Source of the DNA: Planctomycetota bacterium
GTDB lineage: Bacteria > Planctomycetota > PLA2 > JAEUHO01
DNA length: 64,000 nucleotides
Assembly (NCBI GenBank): GCA_050248855.1
Contig: JBFWRP010000018.1
Location: 25,337-89,336, forward strand
Direction of reading: 5' to 3'
This document shows, in pieces, positions 37,982 through 47,731 of the stretch. A program made the translations under genes and the position numbers. Positions within the stretch are counted from its first letter, which is position 1, and each line of letters begins with the position of its first letter. The notes beneath the pieces were generated by a model. That model was given only the letters and a program-made list of their open reading frames with translations. It had not been told where the DNA came from and searched no databases.

Positions 37982-40108
37982 CTACGGAGACGTCTCGCGC
38001 CCCAGGCGCGTCCGCGGCACGCGGAGCAGCTTGGGTAGCGATCCGCCCGGCGCCGACGTCAGCTCGCTTCGCCACGCGCGCCGCGTGACCACGAGCAGGT
38101 TCATGAGCAGGACGGCAGGTCCACCCAACAGGACGGACCCGATCCAGAACCTGCGCAGCGACCTCGGCATCTCGAGGCGGCGCATGCGCAGCCACGCCAC
38201 GAACGCGCAGACGAGAGCGATCCCGAGCACTCCGAAGAGCAGGCCGTCGTGGTTCCCCGAGGCAATCAGCGGTTGCCACAGGACGTCGCGTGGCGGCAGG
38301 CGGAACCGTGCAGCAAGGGCCACGAGCGGTGGCGTAGCAAGCGCCGCTCGTTGCACTGCATCTGCCGCGTCGACCTCTTGCGGGCGTCGAGGGACGTACG
38401 TGTGATCGATGGCAACCGTCCCGTCAGGCCTCGTTACGCGTAGGCGGAACCCGAGCGGGTCCTCACCTTCGGTCGTCCGGCTCCAGCCGTGCAGGGCTCG
38501 TCCGTCGCCACGTCGGTCAGGCGGATCTTCCACGATCTCGATCCCGCTCTCGGGCGACCACGCCATCCACCCTTCGGTCGTATCCAGGAACAGGACGCGT
38601 GGAACACGGCGGACCTCGTCGCGGGATGCGGCGAGCGTACGTGGCGCCTTGAACAGATCCCGAGCGAGCACCGGGCGGCCCTCGCCGTCACGCAGGGGAT
38701 CCAACCGGCCGTCGTCCATCAACCCGGCAGCATCGCGGACCAAGATGGAGCCGGTAGCTGGTTGGAAGAAGACCCACACATCCCCGCGACTTCCGATCTC
38801 GTCCACCGGCCACCACGACTGGTCCAGGGGGTTGCCCTCGGGGCCTCGCAGAACAACCAGCTTGGCGGGGGGCTGAGCAGGGCCACCCCGCTCCCTGACG
38901 ATCATGGAGGAGACATCCTCCATGCGGATCGCGCTGTACGCCACGCGCCCCGGTTGCCAGATGAGCTTCACTCGGCCGTTCTGGGCTGCCAGTCGGCCGC
39001 TACGCGCTCCCGCGCTGAGGATCGGTCCTGGACGCGACTCACCCCAGGCGCTCAGCTTCGGATCGGTCCCCAGGCGGTCAGCACCCACACGAGACGGGTA
39101 GGCGACAGTGAGCCACTCGGTGTCGGAGGAGGGGATGGGTTCAACAACCTCGTGAGACGAGTCGAGCAAGTGCATGACTCTCTGGGCTCCCTCCACGTCG
39201 TCCTGCACGAGCTCAGCCAAAGCAGCGTCGTGATCTCCCACGAGCACGATGTGTGGATACCGAGTCAGAAGTCTGCCGAGCTCCCTACGTTGCAGGGTAG
39301 CCACCAGCGTTGCTCCCCACGCCAGACCCGCGAGCACGATGACCACGCTGGAGACGTGCGAGCGGCGCATGGACCGACCCACATCCGCGTCGTAGCCGAG
39401 GGGCGCGAGGGACATGAGCGTCAGCCACAGGAGTGCTGCGATACCGGCTTGGCTTCCTACGTACCAAGTGGCAGGAACATGGGCGACGAGCCAGCTGCTC
39501 CACGACGTATCGGGACCCCACCCCAGTCGCGACGGGATCTCGGGGAGCAGTCCCCACGTCCCTGGGTCCGTCAAGGCGTCGGCCTGGTAGATCAAGACGA
39601 AGCCAAGGAGGCCTTGGACAACGGAGATTCCCCCCAGTCCATCCCTCCCACCGTTGTTGTACGCCATAGCCCAGTAGCCAAGGACCAAGACAGGCAGCGC
39701 GCCCGCGTAGAGGGCCAGCTGGACTCCGAAGCCTTCAGTCGTCCAGAGCGTCCGGTTCACGTAGCGATCGAGGATGCCAAACCAGGAGAGCAGATAAGCC
39801 GTTCCGATCGCAGCCGACAGGACGAGGACTGCCCCCAACACGCGCGCCGCGTCGAGACGCCATCGCGACACGGCTCGATGTAGGAACCATGCGCGCGAGG
39901 CTCCCAGGTGATCTCGAAGGCCCGCGTAAAGGCCGAGTGCCAATCCGCACCAGACGACGAGCTGGCGAAGCGGCTCTTCGCCGCGGACCAAGCCCGGGAT
40001 CCAGATGCTGTCGCCATCGCGCTTCTCGATGGCGACGGAGAAGATGACGGCAAGGAGCACGTAGAACGCGAGCAGCCATCGCCGTTCATGACGCCAGACG
40101 GCAAGCAT
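37982..40108 (-). CDS. Putative ABC transporter permease with large extracytoplasmic domain (paralogue B)
   Basis: Multiple TMs, FLHRAVSR motif, C-terminal TM hairpin LLGGPAVLL; TGATG coupling to paralogue A. Confidence 0.7.
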   Translation of the reverse strand: MLAVWRHERRWLLAFYVLLAVIFSVAIEKRDGDSIWIPGLVRGEEPLRQLVVWCGLALGLYAGLRDHLGASRAWFLHRAVSRWRLDAARVLGAVLVLSAAIGTAYLLSWFGILDRYVNRTLWTTEGFGVQLALYAGALPVLVLGYWAMAYNNGGRDGLGGISVVQGLLGFVLIYQADALTDPGTWGLLPEIPSRLGWGPDTSWSSWLVAHVPATWYVGSQAGIAALLWLTLMSLAPLGYDADVGRSMRRSHVSSVVIVLAGLAWGATLVATLQRRELGRLLTRYPHIVLVGDHDAALAELVQDDVEGAQRVMHLLDSSHEVVEPIPSSDTEWLTVAYPSRVGADRLGTDPKLSAWGESRPGPILSAGARSGRLAAQNGRVKLIWQPGRVAYSAIRMEDVSSMIVRERGGPAQPPAKLVVLRGPEGNPLDQSWWPVDEIGSRGDVWVFFQPATGSILVRDAAGLMDDGRLDPLRDGEGRPVLARDLFKAPRTLAASRDEVRRVPRVLFLDTTEGWMAWSPESGIEIVEDPPDRRGDGRALHGWSRTTEGEDPLGFRLRVTRPDGTVAIDHTYVPRRPQEVDAADAVQRAALATPPLVALAARFRLPPRDVLWQPLIASGNHDGLLFGVLGIALVCAFVAWLRMRRLEMPRSLRRFWIGSVLLGGPAVLLMNLLVVTRRAWRSELTSAPGGSLPKLLRVPRTRLGRETSP

Positions 40109-42141
40109 CAGTGCGCGAGCGCCTCGCGCGCCACCCGCGAGAGGGGCTGGATGAGCAGCTGGGGCGCCTCGGGCGCGCCAGCCCTGTCCCACGCTCTGCG
40201 GCGAACGAACACCCACTGCGCAAGAAGCACGGTCAGCCCCCCGAGCAGCGCGCCCACGATCCACACGCGGGATACCCGTGCTGGCATGTCGAAGCCACGC
40301 AACCGCAGCCAGACGAGTACGGCGCAGAGAGTGCCGACCGCCAAGCTCCAGAGGACGGTGGATCCATTGCTGCCCTCGCTGACATAGGGTGCAAGCACCT
40401 GCAGATGTCGCCCCGAGGCGTACGCAAGCACAACGGCCAAGGGCGGTTCCACCACCGTCGCGGCGGCGACAACCGACTCGCTGCGTCGCCCCGCGCCCCA
40501 CGGTCGAAACGTGTGAGACAGCACGGTGCGTCCCTCAGCGTCGACGATCCGGGCATCCAGCCGCAGAGGGCGTGGGCTGAAGCTCTCGGACCGACCACCC
40601 CACGGCACCCATCCTGGGCCGGACCCCAGGAACTGGCTCCAGCGCTGGACCTCCCCGACGGGTCGCCAAGCGTCCCTCCCATCTGCGGCGAACCAACCCG
40701 CGCGAGTGCGTGCCTGTAGCTGGGTGTACTCGTCGGCTGGATACGTCTCGCCGGGGCCGGGCCGCGGAAGGAACAGGCCAAGCCGCTGATCAACTTCCTC
40801 AATGCGCAGATCCCCGGGCGTTGCGAGCTGTCGGAGGGGTTCACCCCGGGTCAGCTCCTCGCGCTTGGACGCCCAAAGGGACCCGTCACGGGGATCGAAG
40901 GCGAGCACATCGTGACGAGCACTTGTGAGCCATCGAGCCTCCGGAGCCAGCGGCGTGCCATCGCCGCGCCGCACGATCCGCCGGACCGACCGCTCTTGCT
41001 GCCCCTCACGCCCCCAGGAGCCGACGACATGCACAACGTGCCAGGCATCGCCTCCAGTCTGTCGAACCAGTGTCGTGTCGTGGAGGAGCCCCCGTCCGAT
41101 CGATCTGCGCACCCTGGACGGGGCGAGCGGGAAATCGTCCTGATCCACCAGCGAAGCTCGCACGCGCGAGTACCAGCCCATCCCATGCGGCCAGATCGAC
41201 AACCAGGCTACGGGCTCCGCGGCCTCGTCGGGGAGATCGACGCTGGTCCACCCGATGGGCGAACCTGAATCGTCTGCAGGTGCCCACATTCCCGTGTCCT
41301 TGTTCTCCACGAAGAGTCGCGCGGTGCCATCCTCCCCCCGAACTGCGACAGGCTGTGCCACCTCGATGGCGCGAACGACGCGATCTTGGACTTCACGCAG
41401 CCCAACAATGCCGAGAGCAGCCATGCACACGACATGGAGCGCGGCCAACCAGGCTGGACTCCGTTCAGCGCGCCCCTGGTCGTCATCGCCCAGACGAAGA
41501 GCCCGTCCTCGCGCGACCTGCCACAGCCCCAAAGCCAGAACCAGATTGACGATCACGCACGTCCACGAAGCAGCGGGTCCCAAGTGATCCAGACCGAGGA
41601 CCCGCAGACGGGGCGCCGTGTGGGACAGAGCGGCCGTGCCTCCAGCTAGGACGAGCGCCTTCGCGCCTGCCAGCCACCATGGCCCCTCGAGCGTCCCGAT
41701 CACGAAGCCCACGATCAGCGCTGGAACCAGCACGCTGAACCAGGCCAGCTGCGCCCCCAGACGCTCAGCGGACCACAGCTCGCGCGCCTGACGATCGTCA
41801 TCGAGCCAGCCGAGCCATGACAGCAGCATCGTGGCGGCGAGGCTCATCGCGAGCACCACGAGGCACGCTATGCATCGGGCGGCAAGGGCGAGCTGGGCCG
41901 GTAGTCCTCGCTGGAGGAGCGACTCGCGGGTCCCGACGAGGCGATCCCGCAGGGTGGCCCATGCACCCAGGGCGAATGCCACCAAGGCGACCACGGCCCA
42001 ACGGTCCGTGAAGCCGCGTTCGAGATCCGGAATCCACGTGTCGTTGCCCAGGTCCCACCACGCAGCAACGAACGCTGTTGTGCACAGTGCGAACCATGCC
42101 GCCAGCCAGCGTCGGTCATGTCGCAACACCGCCCACATCAT
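40108..42141 (-). CDS. Putative ABC transporter permease with large extracytoplasmic domain (paralogue A)
   Basis: Multiple TMs, LLQRGLP, C-terminal LLGGLTVLL; ATGA overlap with the ATPase. Confidence 0.7.
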   Translation of the reverse strand: MMWAVLRHDRRWLAAWFALCTTAFVAAWWDLGNDTWIPDLERGFTDRWAVVALVAFALGAWATLRDRLVGTRESLLQRGLPAQLALAARCIACLVVLAMSLAATMLLSWLGWLDDDRQARELWSAERLGAQLAWFSVLVPALIVGFVIGTLEGPWWLAGAKALVLAGGTAALSHTAPRLRVLGLDHLGPAASWTCVIVNLVLALGLWQVARGRALRLGDDDQGRAERSPAWLAALHVVCMAALGIVGLREVQDRVVRAIEVAQPVAVRGEDGTARLFVENKDTGMWAPADDSGSPIGWTSVDLPDEAAEPVAWLSIWPHGMGWYSRVRASLVDQDDFPLAPSRVRRSIGRGLLHDTTLVRQTGGDAWHVVHVVGSWGREGQQERSVRRIVRRGDGTPLAPEARWLTSARHDVLAFDPRDGSLWASKREELTRGEPLRQLATPGDLRIEEVDQRLGLFLPRPGPGETYPADEYTQLQARTRAGWFAADGRDAWRPVGEVQRWSQFLGSGPGWVPWGGRSESFSPRPLRLDARIVDAEGRTVLSHTFRPWGAGRRSESVVAAATVVEPPLAVVLAYASGRHLQVLAPYVSEGSNGSTVLWSLAVGTLCAVLVWLRLRGFDMPARVSRVWIVGALLGGLTVLLAQWVFVRRRAWDRAGAPEAPQLLIQPLSRVAREALAH

Positions 42142-43052
42142 GCGACCTCCGCGGGCGCAAGTGCGTCGGCGTCGGCGGCCACGAGGTCGAGGAAGAGGTC
42201 TTCGAGGCCGAGGCGCACGGGGTCACCCAGGAAGGCGCCGGCGCTGCGCAGGCGATCGAGCAGGTCGTCGTCGACGTCGAGGAGCGTCAAGTCGTAGCCG
42301 TCGGGGACGCGGCGCGCGCGCAGGACGCGCAAGAGCGGCGGAGGGCCCTCGGAGGCGTCACGGGGCTGCCAGAAGCGGCGCTCGATGCGCTGCTTCAGCT
42401 CGTCGATCTCGGCATCGGCGATGAGAGCGCCGCCGTGCAGGATGCCGACGCGGTCGGCGATGCGCTCGACGTCGGTCATCACGTGCGAGCTCAGGAGCAC
42501 CGTGCAGCCCGTGTCCGTGAGGGCCTGCACCAAGGCGTCGAGCAGCTCGCGGCGCATGACCACGTCGAGACCCAGCCCGGGGTCGTCCAGGATCAGCACC
42601 TCGGGGTCGGCCGAGAGGGCGGCCACGAGGGCCACCTGCGCACGCTGGCCACGGCTCATGGTGAGCACGCGCTTCTTGGGGTCCAATCCGAGCCGTTCGA
42701 TCCACGCGCGAGCGCGGGGCAACGAGAACGAGGGCCGCGTACCGGCCTCGAACGCCAGGATGTCGCTGATGCGATCCAGCTTGTGGAGGCGGTGGCCCTC
42801 GGTGACGTAGGCCACGCGACCGCGTGTACCGGCCGACAGATCCTCGCTGGATTCGCCCAGGAGGCGCGCCTCGCCGTGGTGCGGCAGAAGGAACCCGAGC
42901 AGCGTGCGGATGGCCGTGGTCTTCCCGCAGCCATTGCGACCCAACAGGGCGTAGACGCTGCCCTTGGGCACTTCGAAGTCCAGGCCTCGCAAGACCCACG
43001 TCTTGTCGAAGCGGCGGTGGACGTTTCGGAACACGATCGGTGCAGCGTCCAT
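42138..43052 (-). CDS. ABC transporter ATP-binding protein (YtrB-like)
   Basis: GRNGCGKT, MSRGQ, LILDDP, SSH. Confidence 0.92.
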   Translation of the reverse strand: MDAAPIVFRNVHRRFDKTWVLRGLDFEVPKGSVYALLGRNGCGKTTAIRTLLGFLLPHHGEARLLGESSEDLSAGTRGRVAYVTEGHRLHKLDRISDILAFEAGTRPSFSLPRARAWIERLGLDPKKRVLTMSRGQRAQVALVAALSADPEVLILDDPGLGLDVVMRRELLDALVQALTDTGCTVLLSSHVMTDVERIADRVGILHGGALIADAEIDELKQRIERRFWQPRDASEGPPPLLRVLRARRVPDGYDLTLLDVDDDLLDRLRSAGAFLGDPVRLGLEDLFLDLVAADADALAPAEVA

Positions 43053-43053
43053 G

Positions 43054-43479
43054 TCATCTCCCTGCCTGGGCGTGCTTGCAGCGCTTGAGCGCGGCCTCGA
43101 GGGCCGCGCGAAGTGCCGCAGGCGTCGCGCCCTCGTGCAGTGCATCCATCACGAGGCGCTCGAACTCCGCCTCGAGCGAGTCCCTGGGCGGAGGCGCCGG
43201 CGCCTCGGGCCGCTCCGCCACGAAGCACCCCGCGCCATGACGCCGCACGATCCACCCTTGCGCCTCGAGCACGTCGTAGGCCTTCACCACGGTGTTGGGA
43301 TGGATGCCCAGCTGGCGCGCCAGCTCGCGGACGGAGGGCAGCCGGTCACCGGCTTGCGCACGCCCCTCGGCGACGGCCTTTTTGACCTGCCCCCCCACCT
43401 GCTCGAACAGCGGGGTCCCATCCGTGGGATCCACGCGCAGCAACAGGGCCCGGGGATTGGACTGTGCCATCTGTTCCAT
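43054..43479 (-). CDS. GntR-family regulator, YtrA subfamily
   Basis: GDRLPSVRELARQLGIHPNTVVKAY...GAGCFV with a short C-terminus; alternative start at 43470. Confidence 0.92.
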   Translation of the reverse strand: MEQMAQSNPRALLLRVDPTDGTPLFEQVGGQVKKAVAEGRAQAGDRLPSVRELARQLGIHPNTVVKAYDVLEAQGWIVRRHGAGCFVAERPEAPAPPPRDSLEAEFERLVMDALHEGATPAALRAALEAALKRCKHAQAGR

Positions 43480-43510
43480 TACAGATAGAACAGTTGGCGC
43501 CGGATGTCAA
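43471..43510 (-). promoter_or_regulatory. Sigma70-type promoter overlapped by a YtrA-type palindromic operator
   Basis: Minus strand TTGACA-N17-TATCTG; inverted repeat CTGTTCTAT-N5-ATGGAACAG (43471-43493). Confidence 0.75.
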
Positions 43511-43520
43511 GTGGGAGTCG

Positions 43521-43802
43521 TCAGGCGTCCCCCGCGCTGCCGGGCAGCGGCTCCAGGACCGGCGGCGGCTGGTGCAGGACCTCCAACATCTGGGCGGCGG
43601 TCAGGTGGCCGGAGGCCGCCAGGACGCGCACCAGGGCGAACACGGTGGCCTTGAGCTCGGCGACATCCTGGTTCACCTCGCGCCGGCGGAGCCTGAAGAG
43701 GCGGCGCTCGCGCCGCTCCTTCATCCGAAGATGGCTGTGCAGGATGTCCATGTCGCTACGGCTCATGAAGCCGTCGTCCGTCAGCCAGTGCCACACCCCC
43801 AT
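43521..43802 (-). CDS. Small hypothetical protein (93 aa)
   Basis: GGAGG RBS 6 nt before ATG; MGVWHWLTDD...VAELKATVFALVRVL. Confidence 0.55.
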   Translation of the reverse strand: MGVWHWLTDDGFMSRSDMDILHSHLRMKERRERRLFRLRRREVNQDVAELKATVFALVRVLAASGHLTAAQMLEVLHQPPPVLEPLPGSAGDA

Positions 43803-43904
43803 GCCGATCCTCCCTGGCCGCCCCCCCGGGGGGTGCGCGGCCCCCAGAGTACGGGCCTGGGCAGCCACGCGGGTGCCGCCCGCCCGTTGCGTACCATGCC
43901 GGGC

Positions 43905-45884
43905 ATGCGCACCCTCCACGTCTCTCTCCTGGCTGCCGTCGCTCTCCTGGCTTCGCCCCTTGCCGCCCTCGCGGACGAGGGCGTCCAGGAGACATGGAGC
44001 CGCATGCACATCAACGGGGCCCCCGCGGGCTGGGTGCACGGCGTCACCAAACAGGTGCCTGGCGACACGCCGAAGGTCGTCACGTCATCGACCAGCGAGA
44101 TGAAGATGACGCGCATGGGCACGACGATCGAGATCTCCTCGTCGAGCACCAGCGAGGAGACGGTCGACGGCAAGCTCCTGAGGATCGAGAGCCGGAGCAA
44201 GCAGTCCGCGACGGTCACGGAAGCGACGTACGTCTTCCGCGAAGGCAAGCTCCAGATCACGACGAACCAGATGGGCATGCAGCGCACCGTCGAGCAGGAG
44301 GTCAGCCCGGACCTGGTCGGGCCGGCCTACATCGAGCGCGAGACGCTCTCGCTCTTGGACACGTCGGGGAAGTCGAAGTCGTTCAAGACCTACATGGCCG
44401 ATTTCCAGAGCGTGGTCACCGTGACGCTCACCTCCGGGGGCCGCGAGGAGATCACCTTGCACGATGGCAGCACCGTGCAGGCCACGCGCGTCGAGACCGA
44501 AATGAAGACCGCGGGAGACATGGCGCTGCCGTTCAAACCCGTCGCCTGGATCAACGCCGATGGTGAGGCGGTCAAGAGCCGCATCGACATCGCAGGCATG
44601 ACGATCGAAACGTACTTGGTGGGCTCCGAAGCCGAGGCCAAGCGCGCGGATGCCCCGACCACCGGCCCCACCAGCGCGCCCGACGTGTTCGAGGCGACGC
44701 TGCTCCGCGAAGACGACCCGATCCCCACGCCTCGTCGTCTCGAGGCCGCCTGGATCCGCATCGGCAAGAAGAGCGAGGATGCGCGGCTGCCGAGCCTCGA
44801 CGGGCCCGGCTTCACGGTGAGCACCGAGCCGGACGGTTCGATCCTGGTCCACGCCGTGCGCCGTGTTCCGCCGGCGGACAAGCAGGGCACGCACCCGCTC
44901 GCGCTGGCTCCGGCCGAGCTGATCGACGCCCTGGCCGCCAGCTCGATGATCCAGAGCGACGCCGAGGAGATCGTGGCCATTGCCAAGCGTGAAGCTGGTG
45001 AGGGCACGACGGCCTGGGAGGCCGCGGTGCGGCTCGAGAGCTGGGTGTACGCGCACATCAAGAAGAAGTCGATGGGCGTGGGCTTCGCCTCGGCGCTCGA
45101 GGTCTGCCGCTCGGGAGAGGGCGACTGCACGGAGCACGCCGTCCTGTTGGCCGCGCTGTGCCGGGCCGCCGGCATCCCGGCCCGCGTCGTCATGGGGATC
45201 GAGTACTTGGCAGGCATCTGGGGCGGCCACGCCTGGAACGAGGTGTGGATCGACGGTGCCTGGTTCCAGCTCGATGCCACCAACGCGCTCGGGTTCGTCG
45301 ACCCGCTCCACCTGCCGTTTGCCAACTTGGTGATGAAGGAGGGCGGCGCCAGCGAGATGACGCAGATGATCGGAACCCTGGGAACGATCACCGTGGACAT
45401 CGTCGAGGTGCAGCGCGACGGCCGCCGCATCGTCGTGGGCGACCCCGCGCACGTGGGCACCACCGAGGAGGGTCGTTGGCGAAACGCCGTGCTCGGCCTC
45501 TCGTTCGCGATTCCCGCGGGCTACGAGCTGGACCCGCCCAACCCGCGCCAGGGCATGAGCATCCGCGTGATGGAGCTGGACGGCACCACGTCGGACGGCA
45601 AGTCCGTCGAGATCGAGATCGACATGACCGATGCCCCGGCCCGTGGCGGCTACGACGAGCTCCTGAAGCCATTGGGCGCGGCCGCCGGCCAGGTAACCAC
45701 CATCGAGGTCGACGGCCGCGAAGGCCGCTCGCTGACTCGCGGCACCGGCTCGCGTACACAGCGTCGGACGCTGGTGATCGCGGACGGCGCGCTATGGATA
45801 TTCAACCTGGACCGCGCGGGCGGTCCCGAGGAAGACGCCACCTACGAGACCTTCCTGGCCAGCGTCGACTTCGACGAGCGCTGA
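43905..45884 (+). CDS. Secreted transglutaminase-like domain protein
   Basis: Signal peptide MRTLHVSLL...ALA-DE; Cys-His-Asp triad in GDCTEHA, HAWNEVW, LDAT. Confidence 0.88.
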   Translation: MRTLHVSLLAAVALLASPLAALADEGVQETWSRMHINGAPAGWVHGVTKQVPGDTPKVVTSSTSEMKMTRMGTTIEISSSSTSEETVDGKLLRIESRSKQSATVTEATYVFREGKLQITTNQMGMQRTVEQEVSPDLVGPAYIERETLSLLDTSGKSKSFKTYMADFQSVVTVTLTSGGREEITLHDGSTVQATRVETEMKTAGDMALPFKPVAWINADGEAVKSRIDIAGMTIETYLVGSEAEAKRADAPTTGPTSAPDVFEATLLREDDPIPTPRRLEAAWIRIGKKSEDARLPSLDGPGFTVSTEPDGSILVHAVRRVPPADKQGTHPLALAPAELIDALAASSMIQSDAEEIVAIAKREAGEGTTAWEAAVRLESWVYAHIKKKSMGVGFASALEVCRSGEGDCTEHAVLLAALCRAAGIPARVVMGIEYLAGIWGGHAWNEVWIDGAWFQLDATNALGFVDPLHLPFANLVMKEGGASEMTQMIGTLGTITVDIVEVQRDGRRIVVGDPAHVGTTEEGRWRNAVLGLSFAIPAGYELDPPNPRQGMSIRVMELDGTTSDGKSVEIEIDMTDAPARGGYDELLKPLGAAAGQVTTIEVDGREGRSLTRGTGSRTQRRTLVIADGALWIFNLDRAGGPEEDATYETFLASVDFDER

Positions 45885-45954
45885 TCCGACCGGACCGATC
45901 GGCCAGGTCCGTCTGCAGTCCCCCCAGGTGCGCGCCTGTAGCCTTGGCCCACCG

Positions 45955-47655
45955 ATGGACGAGCCCGCCGACCTCCGCTTTGCCGACCTGGGCCTGTCGC
46001 CCGAGCTCATGAAGGCGGTGGAGGAGCTGGGGTACGAGACGCCCACCGCCATCCAGGCGCAGGCCATCCCGCCGCTGCTGGCGGGGCGCGACCTGATCGG
46101 GCAGGCCCAGACGGGCACGGGCAAGACGGCGGCCTTCGCCCTGCCGCTCTTGCAGCGGCTCGACATGTCGCGCCGCGAGGTGCAGGCCATCGTGCTGACG
46201 CCGACGCGCGAGCTGGCCATGCAGGTGGCCGAGGCCGTGCGCGCCTACGGCAAGCACGTCGGCCCGCACGGCGTCCGTGTGCTGCCCGTCTACGGCGGTC
46301 AGCCGATCCACCTGCAGCGCAATGCGCTCCGGGGCACCGTGCACGTGGTCATCGGTACGCCGGGCCGCGTCGTGGACCACCTGGAGCGCGGCACGCTGGA
46401 TCTTGCCGGCGTGCACTTCTTCTGCCTCGACGAGGCCGACGAGATGCTCAACATGGGTTTCCTCGAGGACGTCGAGTGGATCCTGGAGCACGCCAAGGCC
46501 GACCGGCAGATCGCCCTGTTCTCGGCCACGATGCCCCCGCCCATCCGCCGCGTGGCCGACCGCCACTTGCGCGAGCCGGCCGACGTCCAGATCCGTCACG
46601 CGACACGGACCGTGGAGCGCATCGAGCAGGCCAGCCTCCGCGTGGCGCGCCACGAGAAGGCCGAGGCGTTGGAACGGCTGCTGGGCGTCGAGGACCACGA
46701 AGCCGTGCTGGTGTTCGTGGGCACGCAGCGGGGAGCCACCGAGCTCGCCGAGCACCTGCAGGCCCACGGTTTCGGCGCGGACTGCATCCACGGGGGCATG
46801 AACCAGGCCCAGCGCGACGCCGTCGTGAAGCGCCTGCGGGCCCGCACCATCCAGATCGTCGTGGGCACGGACGTGGCCGCCCGCGGTCTCGACATCGACC
46901 ACATCGGCCTCGTCGTGAACTACGACCTCCCACGCGATCCCGAGGTGTACGTGCACCGCGTGGGACGCACGGGCCGCGCCGGCCGCACGGGGCGGGCGAT
47001 CTCGTTCTGGCAGCCGCGCGAGCTGCATCTGCTGCGCAGCATCGAGCGCTTCAGCGGCCAGCCCATGGAGCCCATGCGCCTGCCTGGCATCGAGGAGCTG
47101 CTCGCGCGCCGGCGCGAGCGGGTGGCCGAGCAGCTGATTACGCTGCAGGCCGAGGACTTGGACGAGTTCGTGGCCTGGGCCCAGGAGCTGGCCGCTGCCA
47201 GCGAGGTCGATGCCGAGACGCTGGCCGCCGCCGCGCTGCGCATGGCCTGGGGCGAGGGACCGCTGCACGCACCGGAGTCCGCGGCCGTCGCCCAACCCCA
47301 CGATGCATCCGCCGGCCCGATCGACTACGTCGAGATCGTCGTGCCCGTCGGCGTGCGCGACCAGGTACGACCGGGCGCCATCGTGGGCGCGATCGCGGGC
47401 GAGACGGGATTGCCCGGCAAGATCGTGGGCCGCATCAACATGCGCGACAGCGTCACGTTCGTGCAGGTGCCGCGTCAGCACGTCCAGCTCATCCTCGAGC
47501 GGCTTGCCGACGTGCGCATCGGCGGTCGACTCGTGCGCGCGCGGCTCGCGCACCCCGAGGGCGACGAGGGACGGGGCGCGCAACGTCAGCCGCGCGGCCC
47601 CCGCGGTCCCAAGACCCCGCGCCGCCCCCACCGCAAGGGGCCGCGCGCTTCCTGA
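45955..47655 (+). CDS. deaD: DEAD-box RNA helicase with DbpA-type RNA-binding domain
   Basis: Q motif, AQTGTGKT, PTRELA, DEAD, SAT, ARGLD, HRVGRTGRAG, PGAIVGAIAGE. Confidence 0.9.
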   Translation: MDEPADLRFADLGLSPELMKAVEELGYETPTAIQAQAIPPLLAGRDLIGQAQTGTGKTAAFALPLLQRLDMSRREVQAIVLTPTRELAMQVAEAVRAYGKHVGPHGVRVLPVYGGQPIHLQRNALRGTVHVVIGTPGRVVDHLERGTLDLAGVHFFCLDEADEMLNMGFLEDVEWILEHAKADRQIALFSATMPPPIRRVADRHLREPADVQIRHATRTVERIEQASLRVARHEKAEALERLLGVEDHEAVLVFVGTQRGATELAEHLQAHGFGADCIHGGMNQAQRDAVVKRLRARTIQIVVGTDVAARGLDIDHIGLVVNYDLPRDPEVYVHRVGRTGRAGRTGRAISFWQPRELHLLRSIERFSGQPMEPMRLPGIEELLARRRERVAEQLITLQAEDLDEFVAWAQELAAASEVDAETLAAAALRMAWGEGPLHAPESAAVAQPHDASAGPIDYVEIVVPVGVRDQVRPGAIVGAIAGETGLPGKIVGRINMRDSVTFVQVPRQHVQLILERLADVRIGGRLVRARLAHPEGDEGRGAQRQPRGPRGPKTPRRPHRKGPRAS

Positions 47656-47731
47656 CGCGCGGTTGTCACCGGGCCGGCCGCGAGGCCCCTGCGCCACCTC
47701 TTGCGATGCCCGACCCTGGTAGTCTCTCGCC

